From NCBI GenBank assembly GCA_005776365.1, contig SXPK01000186.1, positions 1-42,999 on the forward strand: a DNA stretch of 42,999 nucleotides, given 5' to 3'. The position numbers were made by a program, and so were the translations under genes. A model generated the notes under the pieces. That model saw nothing but the letters and a program-made list of their open reading frames with translations. It made no database searches and had not been told where the DNA came from. This document shows, piece by piece, positions 35,682 to 42,999 of the stretch (within the stretch, counting starts at the first letter, position 1; every line of letters begins with the position of its first letter). The stretch comes from Planctomycetia bacterium (lineage in GTDB: Bacteria > Planctomycetota > UBA1135 > UBA2386).

Positions 35682-38123
35682 TCACCATGAGTATCGCAAC
35701 GACAGCGATTGCCCGGCCTGTAGATCCCTTGGCCCGGCGGGCGCGCCGTCGATGGTCACGCGCGCAACGCCGCTCTGCGCCGCGGCCTCGACCCGAAGTG
35801 CGCCCTGCTCACAGCGGATCGTGCGAACGAACTCGACGCCTCGGCTCGTCAACTCCGGCGCGATCGAGTCTTCGAATAAACAATCGCCGACTCGAGAACG
35901 AAAGGTCGGATGGCCATCGTCCGTGCGCCGCTGGCCGATGTTCCGTGCAATCGCGCTCGCTGCCGTCGCATCGCGGATCGGCAGCGGATCCAACGTGACG
36001 CGATCGTCCGACAACGGCAGGAGCAACTGTCCCGCACGGCCACTCCACGTTCCTGCCGCATCGATGAACGAGCCGCGCCACAACCACGCGAGTTGCGCAT
36101 GCTCGACGTCGTATGCGTAATGGCCGCGAAGCGGCGAGCCGACCGCGACACAACGCGCCGAGAGTCCCTTCAAGAACGCGCCGTGCAGCACCGGTCGTTC
36201 GAGCGGGTCGAGTTCCATGCCATCGCCGACGCTGCGGTAGCCGTTGGGCACCGGCGCGGCAGCGCCGAGTGAACCCCAGACTCGTATCGCGTCGACTTCG
36301 GCCTTGGCCCTTTCATCGTCGCGCAGCCAGAACGCCGGCATGCGCGTGCCCGGCCGCAACGCCGTCGCGTGCAGGAGCCAGTCCGCGAACCATGCGGGCT
36401 TGAGACGTTCGTGCTGCAGCGCGAGGTCCATGCCTTGCGGACCGATGGCGCGCCGACCGCCAAAGGGATGGCACGTCACGCAATTGCGACCGTTGACACC
36501 CACGAGGTGTTGGCCTCGTTGAGCCATCTCGCCGTCGAACGCTGGCTCGACATCATCGCCCGGCCTCGCATCGACGCGCTCGAACAACTCCGCGAACGAA
36601 GTGGCGAGATCTTCCGGCAGGCGCGGCATGCGCGCCTTCAGGTAACCCCGGGCGCGACGCTCACCCACGAGCAGAAGGCGGAGCCAATCCTTGCGCAACC
36701 GATGGCCGGCGCGCGACAGGTCCGGGGGCACGCGGCCTTCTTCGCCGATGTCTTCGACCTCGACGAACCGAGCGCGCACCGCGGCATCGATGCCACCGCT
36801 GCCATTCCGCTCGTGGCACGACACGCACCGCCTGGCCTGCATCGCGGCACGCAGCGCAATATCGGGCGCAGGCTCGATGCGCGACGATTCTCGCGCCGCC
36901 GCAAACACCGCTTCGCCGTCTGTAGCGACGACGCAGCGGCCTGCGCGCAGCTGCGCCCACGGCGCGGCCTTTCGTGGCGGCGCGGCGCCGACGTGTTCGT
37001 GACAGGCAGCGCAGTTGCGCGCCAAGAACGCTGTCTCGCCGCGCGCAATGCTCTGAGCGTCGACGCGCGGCATCACACTCGCGGTCGGCACGAGGCTCAG
37101 AGCCTTGCGCGCAAAGGCGGAGCTGGGCACCGGCGACTCTTCGATGGAAGGTCCCCGCCACAGCAGCTCGAGACTCTCCTGGCCGGCGAGTTCGGTGAAC
37201 ACGATGCGCAGGCGGCGGGCGCCAGCGTCGAGACGAACGGTCGCGCTCTTCCGGCGATGCGGGGCGACCTTTGCGTTCTCGACGACGAGCGCATCATCGA
37301 TCCACAACCACGAAGAATCGTCGCTGCCGAGCGTGAACGTCCAGTCGCCGGCCTCCGGCACGAGCAGCAGGCCGCTGAATCGCAACGCAAAGTGGTCGTT
37401 GCGCGTCCGCAGGCTGACGTCGACGTGATCCGTCGCGCCCTTGGCCTTCGGCACGACGCCATCGAGACTCGGCAACTCGTCGCCGACGAGATCGATCTCG
37501 AAGCACTCCCAATCGAGTCCCTGGGCGGGGGCGTCGTCCCGGTTCGGCGCCTGCGCGCGCAGCAAGAACGCCGCGAGGTCGGTGGCTTCGCTGGGCGATA
37601 GCGCGAAGTCGTGCGCAAGATCGGGCCGTCGCGCGCTCGGCTCCTTCAAGAAGGCGACGACGTGCGCGTGGTCAGTCCGCGCTGCAAGCGAGGCCATCGA
37701 CGATTCCGCATGGCACGCGACGCAGCCGAGTTCGCCGAACATCCGCTCGCCGCGTGAAGTTGCGTCGGCTGCGACCGTCGCTGGTCGCAAGGCCTCTGCG
37801 GTGCCGCCACGCAACATCGCCGCGATCGCGTCGGCATCCTCGCCGGCGTGGTGCGACTTCAAGAACTCGACCAGCGCGCCGCCCGAATGCCAACCGGTCG
37901 CATCGCGCAGCGGGATCCGCGGCAACGGCGCGAATGCAGAGGCGGCCGGACCATCCAGTGCATGGCATGCAACACACCGTGATGTCTGCGCCGCGGCCAT
38001 TGCGGCATGCGGCTCCAGCAGTGCGAGCGACGTGGCGTTTTCGTCGGGCAAGCCGGTTTCGCGCCCGCAACCGCCGCACGCGAGGACGACCAGGACGAAG
38101 GTGCTCGCACGCAAGAAGCGCAT
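35682..38123 (-). CDS. Multiheme (5 CxxCH) cytochrome c lipoprotein with PA14 domain
   Basis: LACGGC lipobox-like signal; CVACH twice, CAACH, CVSCH, CVTCH; PA14 motif FALRFSG...F.LGSDDSSWLWID; RMP Met motifs. Confidence 0.9.
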   Translation of the reverse strand: MRFLRASTFVLVVLACGGCGRETGLPDENATSLALLEPHAAMAAAQTSRCVACHALDGPAASAFAPLPRIPLRDATGWHSGGALVEFLKSHHAGEDADAIAAMLRGGTAEALRPATVAADATSRGERMFGELGCVACHAESSMASLAARTDHAHVVAFLKEPSARRPDLAHDFALSPSEATDLAAFLLRAQAPNRDDAPAQGLDWECFEIDLVGDELPSLDGVVPKAKGATDHVDVSLRTRNDHFALRFSGLLLVPEAGDWTFTLGSDDSSWLWIDDALVVENAKVAPHRRKSATVRLDAGARRLRIVFTELAGQESLELLWRGPSIEESPVPSSAFARKALSLVPTASVMPRVDAQSIARGETAFLARNCAACHEHVGAAPPRKAAPWAQLRAGRCVVATDGEAVFAAARESSRIEPAPDIALRAAMQARRCVSCHERNGSGGIDAAVRARFVEVEDIGEEGRVPPDLSRAGHRLRKDWLRLLLVGERRARGYLKARMPRLPEDLATSFAELFERVDARPGDDVEPAFDGEMAQRGQHLVGVNGRNCVTCHPFGGRRAIGPQGMDLALQHERLKPAWFADWLLHATALRPGTRMPAFWLRDDERAKAEVDAIRVWGSLGAAAPVPNGYRSVGDGMELDPLERPVLHGAFLKGLSARCVAVGSPLRGHYAYDVEHAQLAWLWRGSFIDAAGTWSGRAGQLLLPLSDDRVTLDPLPIRDATAASAIARNIGQRRTDDGHPTFRSRVGDCLFEDSIAPELTSRGVEFVRTIRCEQGALRVEAAAQSGVARVTIDGAPAGPRDLQAGQSLSLRYSW

Positions 38124-38182
38124 GTTCGCAGCATGGACCGATGGTGAGTTCGCGGCAAGCGCGCGCTACCGTGCCCGCCCCC

Positions 38183-39511
38183 ATGGAACTCGATCTATTC
38201 GCCGCGTGCCTGCCTGGGCTCGAGCCGCTGCTCGCAGCCGAACTCGCGGCACTGGGCACAGAACCTGAGCCGCAGCCAGGCGGCGTCGCGTTCTGCGGCT
38301 CGCGCGAACTGCTGCTGCGCGCCCACCTGCACGTCGGCACCGCGAGCCACTTGCTGCTGCGCTGCGCGACGTTTCGCTGCCTCAACCTCGCCGATCTCGA
38401 ACGCAAGATAGCAGCGATGCCCTGGCGCGATTGGGCAACGAGCGACTCGGTGATCGAGGTCGACGCGACCGCGCGCAAGAGCCGCCTCTACCACACCGGC
38501 GCGATCGAGGAACGCGCGCAGAAGGGCATCGCCGCGGCGCTCGGGGTCGAGTTCCCTCGCATCCGCGAAGCCGCGCAGTCGACGCCGGCGACGCAACGGA
38601 AGAAGCGACTGTCTGACAAGCCGCTCAGCGCGGCGGCGCGTCGCGGCCGCGGCCCCAATGCCAAGCACCCCGATCAAAAGTGGCTCGCGCGCCAGCAAGA
38701 GTTGACTGAAGCGCGCAACAAGCAAGAAGCCGAAACCAAGGCGCGCAACGAGGCCGCCGAGATCGAGCGCCTCGCGACAGCGCCGCGCGTGCGCGTCGCG
38801 GTCCGCTTCGTCGATGATGTCGCGACGCTGTCGATCGACACCTCGGACACGCCGCTGCACCGCCGCGGCTATCGGCTCGACGGAGCCAAGGCGCCGCTGC
38901 GCGAGGACCTCGCGTTCGCGATGCTGCGCGCCGCTGGCTTTGTGAAGGGGATGTCGCTGCTCGACCCGTTCTGCGGCGCGGGCACGATCGCAATCGAGGC
39001 CGCGAGCATGGCCGCGGGCCTGCCGCCGGGACGACTGCGCCCACCGCCGCTGCGTGGCCTCGCGCTCGCTGATGACGCCGCATGGCAGAAGCTGCTCGCC
39101 AACTTGCCGTCCGCGCCAGATCGAACCTCCATCGGCTCGCGCATCGCCGGCAGTGACCGCGACAAGGGCGCGATCGCTGCAGCAATCGAGAACGCGCGCC
39201 GCGCCGGCGTGGAGCACGCGATCGAGTTCACTTGCTGCGCAGTGTCGGCCACGCCCTGGCTCTCGGACCCATCGCTTGCCCCGGCGAACTTGCTCGTCGC
39301 CACGAACCCGCCGTATGGCCGCCGCGTCGCGAGCGGCCGCGATCTGCTGCCGCTCTACCAGACGCTCGGCCACCGCGTGGCCGGCATCGTCGACGCGCGC
39401 GCCGCGATCCTTGCGCAAGACGTTCGCCTTTGCCGCAGCACGGGCTTGGACCTGCGCGCCGCATTCACAACGCGCCACGGCGGCCTGTCCGTCGCGTGCA
39501 TGCTCAGCTGA
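38183..39511 (+). CDS. THUMP-domain class I SAM-dependent RNA methyltransferase (RlmL/UPF0020 family)
   Basis: ACLPGLE.LL..EL, SRLYHTGAI, LHRRGYR, APLREDLA, DPFCGAGTIAIEA, TNPPYG. Confidence 0.92.
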   Translation: MELDLFAACLPGLEPLLAAELAALGTEPEPQPGGVAFCGSRELLLRAHLHVGTASHLLLRCATFRCLNLADLERKIAAMPWRDWATSDSVIEVDATARKSRLYHTGAIEERAQKGIAAALGVEFPRIREAAQSTPATQRKKRLSDKPLSAAARRGRGPNAKHPDQKWLARQQELTEARNKQEAETKARNEAAEIERLATAPRVRVAVRFVDDVATLSIDTSDTPLHRRGYRLDGAKAPLREDLAFAMLRAAGFVKGMSLLDPFCGAGTIAIEAASMAAGLPPGRLRPPPLRGLALADDAAWQKLLANLPSAPDRTSIGSRIAGSDRDKGAIAAAIENARRAGVEHAIEFTCCAVSATPWLSDPSLAPANLLVATNPPYGRRVASGRDLLPLYQTLGHRVAGIVDARAAILAQDVRLCRSTGLDLRAAFTTRHGGLSVACMLS

Positions 39512-39554
39512 ACGCCCTCTCGCATCCGCTGACTCCTGACGCGAACATGCGCGC

Positions 39555-40559
39555 ATGACCGATCCGGCGCCCGCCGCGAACACATGCTGCCCGCTGCGCG
39601 AAGCGGAGCTTGCGCTCGTGCGCGACGCCGTGCTCGCGTTGGAAGCGTCGGAGGGCGTGGGTCGAGAGTTGGCGGCCGCGATCCGCTCGCAACTGACCAA
39701 CCTCGACTGCCTCGGCGCCGCGCTCGCGAGATATCCGTCACCGCTCGAAACGCAGCGTCTTGGCGACCGCCGCCGCAACCTGGACACGCTCGTGCATGCG
39801 CTTTCGCGCACGGATGGCGTGGGCTTTGGCCTGCGCGCGCCGACGCAGTCCGTCGTCGGTCGCGCGCTCAGCACCGCGCAGATCAACTTCTTCCGCTTGA
39901 TCTGGCACGCGTGCGGCACCATCGCCGCGAACCAAGGCGGACTCGCGCTGCGCGAACGAGCTGCGCGCTCCTTGCGCACGAGCGTCTACACGCACCTCGT
40001 GGAAGAGGCGATGACGGAGCTGGCCACCGACGGTTACCTGCCGCAGCCCCTGCGTGCGCGCGCGGTGCGGCAACTCGCGCAACTGTGGGCACACCGCCTC
40101 ACGTGGCGAGTCAGCGAGTTCTTCCCGATGCTCGAAGCGACATGGGAAGCGCGCAGTCAGGTGCGCGTGCACGGCGGCACGCTGCTCGGCACGAGCGAGA
40201 TGTTCCAGCTGATGACGAAGGGCGGCGACCCTGCGTTCGTCGAGTTCCTGATCGGGCGTGCGCACGCCGATGATGCGGTGCTCGCGTTCCGCGAGTTCCT
40301 GCTCGACCGCAGCTACGAGGATCTCGAACAACTCGTCGATCGCATGGCGCAAGAAGGGCGAAGCAGCATCGAGCTCGACTCACAGCCGCGCGGCGGCGAA
40401 CGCGACGCGGGATCGATCTTCTACGAGTTCTTCCAGGCACGCCTGCTGCAAGCCAACGCCCGCCGCCTCGCCCGCATCCCAGGACCAAAGCACACCGCCG
40501 AGGGCTACGTGCTGCTCTCCTGGCTCGAACAGATCACCGACCCCGGCCCCGAAACCTGA
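39555..40559 (+). CDS. Conserved hypothetical helical protein
   Basis: Clean 334-aa ORF with typical codon bias; motif-like segments YPS, PT..V.GRA, LW.HR, GTLLGTSE, EFL...SYE, PGPK.T.E. Confidence 0.82.
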   Translation: MTDPAPAANTCCPLREAELALVRDAVLALEASEGVGRELAAAIRSQLTNLDCLGAALARYPSPLETQRLGDRRRNLDTLVHALSRTDGVGFGLRAPTQSVVGRALSTAQINFFRLIWHACGTIAANQGGLALRERAARSLRTSVYTHLVEEAMTELATDGYLPQPLRARAVRQLAQLWAHRLTWRVSEFFPMLEATWEARSQVRVHGGTLLGTSEMFQLMTKGGDPAFVEFLIGRAHADDAVLAFREFLLDRSYEDLEQLVDRMAQEGRSSIELDSQPRGGERDAGSIFYEFFQARLLQANARRLARIPGPKHTAEGYVLLSWLEQITDPGPET

Positions 40560-40596
40560 TCGCGGGGCGCAGGTGCCTGCGCGATCGCGACCCGCG

Positions 40597-42747
40597 TCAG
40601 CGCAGATGCCGGTGCCGGCCGCCGCTGTCCTTGGCGATCCACTCGAGGATCTCGAGCGATCCGCCGATCGCGATGGTGTGGATCACGACCTTCCGGTTCT
40701 GGTTCCAGCTCACGACATCTTCGCGGATGCGGAATGGGTCGATCTGCTGCCCAACCGTCGGCTCGCCATCGGACATCACGAAGATCGTGTCGACGTCGGG
40801 ATCCAGAAACGCCTTTTGCAGCGAGTCGTAGAGGTTGGTGCCGCCCGCCGCGCCCAGCCGCGAGATCCAGATCTGGGCTTCGTCGCGGTCTGCCTTCGTC
40901 CCCTTCGACATGGCGCCCTCGCGCCACGGCTGCACGCCGCTCGAAAACGACAGGATGTTGAACCATGCATTGTCGGGCAGATTGGACACCGCCAGCGACA
41001 ACTCCTGCTTGGCGACCTCGATGCGCGTTGCTCGCTGGTCGTTGACCATGCGTCCATACATCGGCTCGAGCATCGAGCCGGAGACGTCGATCACGAAGGT
41101 CACGCGGGTCGACTCGACCTGGATCCCGAAGAACTTCGACGTCGAGACCGTGCGCTGCGCCTGTCGCTTCTGCTCTTTCGCACGCGCCGCCTTGTCGAAC
41201 TCGTCCTCGGTGACGCAGCGGAAGTCAGCCTTCGCCGTCACCCACCACGCCTGCCACGCCTTTGCGTCGTCACCCCATGGTTGCGCGGTCAGGCGCCAGA
41301 GCGCGGCTTCGATCTCGTTCTTGAGCCTGCCGTTCTCCTTGGCGATGCGGTCGACCAGCGGGCCTACGCAGGCGGAGATGCGCAACTGCAGCAAGCCGTC
41401 GACGGCGATGCCGCGCGTCGACGCGTCGTCGTGCGCGAGCGAGTCGACGAGAACCGGAAGCAGCGACTTGGTCTTCGACGCGGCGATCTGCAAGAGGGCC
41501 TGGTTGCGCACCTGCCGATCTGCGTCCTTGACGAAGCCAACCAGCTCGTCGAGCCACTTCGAGCTGCCCTGACTCAATGCGCCGAGCGTCTCGATCGCGA
41601 GCGCGCGGTCCTGCGGCGACTTCGGCTTCTGCAGCAACTTGCGAAGCTCCGGCACCGCATCTTGATCGCCATTGCGCGCAATCACCCGCGCGGCAGCGCG
41701 ACGGACTTCTTCCTCCTTGTCGTCCACGGACTTCCGGATCGCAGCCTGCACTTTGGGATCCTTGATGCGGCTCGCAGCGACCAGCGCAAACGCCTTCTCG
41801 TGCTCCTTCCCTTTGCCAACCAGCTTCCCGACCTTCTTCTCGGTCGCGTCGTCGCGCAGATCCGCGATCAGCGTCGCCATGGAGAAGCGCAGGTCTTCGG
41901 GCGTGACGTCGCGCTTCTTGGCGAGTGCGAGAAAGGTCGCAACGGCCTTCGGTCCGTCGCGGTCGATCAGGATCTTCGCGGCCTCGGCGCGGTCTGGGCC
42001 TGGCAAGTCGACTCGCTCGAGCATCCACGCCGCCATCTCGCCGGTTTTCGGCAGCCCGCGATCGCTCATCGCCCTCAGCGCCGCGCGACGGATCTTCGAC
42101 AGTGCCTCGCGACGCAGCGTCTCGACCAGTTCTTCTTCACCGAGGGCCGGCGCGAGTCGTTGGAAGGCGGCGAGCCGGATGCCTGGAAACTCCGGGGGCT
42201 GAATCGTTCCGTCGGCTGCCTTCTTCTGCTTGCCTTCGAGGTTCCACAACTCGCGATACCAGGCATCGTCCCCTGCATCGGCGAGCTTCTTGTGCTGATC
42301 GAGCGCCAGTTCGCGAACGTGATCGTCCACGCGGCTGTCGACGATCTGCTTCAACAAGCCTTTGCCGAACTGTGCCGACCGGCCCAGTCCGACGACCGCC
42401 GGGTCACGAACTTCGTCCTCTGCTGTGTTGGCAGCGATGTTGGCGAGCTTCTCGCACGCAGCGGCGGCTGCATCCTGCTGCTCGGCGAGCAGCGATAGCG
42501 CGCGCACGAACGCACGACGCATCGCGATCGTGCGGATCTGGTCGTAGAGCGAAGCGAGACCGCGCGCCGCCGCATCGGTGCCTGCCTTCGAGGCCTGCTC
42601 CGGCAAGGCAAGATCGGCGTCATCGCGCTTGCTGCGCAATTCGTCGAGGGCTTGCTCCGGCGACAGGTCCGTGGGTTTGGACTCTTGAGCAGGCGGCGAC
42701 GCAACCGCAAGCAACACAGCGAGGACGAGTTGAAGGAGCGTGCGCAC
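40597..42747 (-). CDS. Secreted HEAT-repeat protein with C-terminal VWA domain
   Basis: Signal peptide from GTG 42747; many HEAT repeats; MIDAS motif DVSGS...GGTN...SDG; FFGI motif before the VWA domain. Confidence 0.88.
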   Translation of the reverse strand: MRTLLQLVLAVLLAVASPPAQESKPTDLSPEQALDELRSKRDDADLALPEQASKAGTDAAARGLASLYDQIRTIAMRRAFVRALSLLAEQQDAAAAACEKLANIAANTAEDEVRDPAVVGLGRSAQFGKGLLKQIVDSRVDDHVRELALDQHKKLADAGDDAWYRELWNLEGKQKKAADGTIQPPEFPGIRLAAFQRLAPALGEEELVETLRREALSKIRRAALRAMSDRGLPKTGEMAAWMLERVDLPGPDRAEAAKILIDRDGPKAVATFLALAKKRDVTPEDLRFSMATLIADLRDDATEKKVGKLVGKGKEHEKAFALVAASRIKDPKVQAAIRKSVDDKEEEVRRAAARVIARNGDQDAVPELRKLLQKPKSPQDRALAIETLGALSQGSSKWLDELVGFVKDADRQVRNQALLQIAASKTKSLLPVLVDSLAHDDASTRGIAVDGLLQLRISACVGPLVDRIAKENGRLKNEIEAALWRLTAQPWGDDAKAWQAWWVTAKADFRCVTEDEFDKAARAKEQKRQAQRTVSTSKFFGIQVESTRVTFVIDVSGSMLEPMYGRMVNDQRATRIEVAKQELSLAVSNLPDNAWFNILSFSSGVQPWREGAMSKGTKADRDEAQIWISRLGAAGGTNLYDSLQKAFLDPDVDTIFVMSDGEPTVGQQIDPFRIREDVVSWNQNRKVVIHTIAIGGSLEILEWIAKDSGGRHRHLR

Positions 42748-42999
42748 GAGAAGAACTCCCAGAGAGGAAGGACGCGATGCTCCTTGGCGGCTACGTCGAA
42801 TCAAGGAGCCGGGCAATCACCGATGGCGCTCCATGAGGCAAGAACACGCAAAAGGGACCTCGTGCCGTCGATGGATTGACGCCAGGACCCTGACGGGTGA
42901 CCACCGCATGATCGAGCAGAAAGCGCATGGGATGCGCGCTCGACCCAAGCTTGCGTCTGCCTAGCATGCGTCCTCCATGACGCTGCTCGCATCGCGCAT

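Noticed and set aside
38195-39979. 594-aa minus-strand ORF
   Set aside because: Antisense to the methyltransferase and the hypothetical gene; low-complexity translation.
40258-42498. 746-aa plus-strand ORF
   Set aside because: Antisense shadow of the HEAT/VWA gene, expected from high GC3; no motifs.
1-42999. CRISPR arrays, IS elements, prophage genes, att duplication of the tRNA end
   Set aside because: No regularly spaced repeats, transposase/integrase motifs or duplicated tRNA 3' sequence seen by eye; short att cores could have been missed.
42748-42999. Short ORFs at the window end
   Set aside because: No recognisable protein signal; probably intergenic or the start of a gene outside the window.

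Overview
High-GC, gene-dense bacterial window. The DUF1552/DUF1592 pair, PA14-cytochrome, secreted HEAT/VWA proteins and DUF1080 point to Planctomycetota, probably an uncultured OM190-like lineage (inference). I call about 37 CDS and one tRNA-Val(CAC). The clearest pathway is a clade II (Sec-type) nitrous oxide reductase cluster, cyt c-nosZ-nosD-nosF-nosL-nosY-nosB (25281-31910), in which cyt c, NosZ and NosD all carry lipobox signal peptides. It is flanked by an FprA-type ferredoxin-NADP reductase, a CBS protein, a hemerythrin and a five-heme PA14 cytochrome/beta-propeller pair. Other notable items: (1) a C-terminal domain apparently shared by two unrelated secreted proteins, a candidate lineage-specific sorting domain; (2) an astacin-like protein lacking both the catalytic Glu and the Met-turn Tyr, next to a divergent XRE/ECF-sigma-like pair; (3) a bVLRF1-like ribosome-rescue factor; (4) a DUF1080-parvulin fusion; (5) a stand-alone arsM; (6) a chimeric first ORF (enolase-like fused to a ModC lacking Walker A) that may be a misassembly. 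I saw no CRISPR, rRNA, transposase or integrase. All family assignments come from motif recognition by eye, not from database searches.
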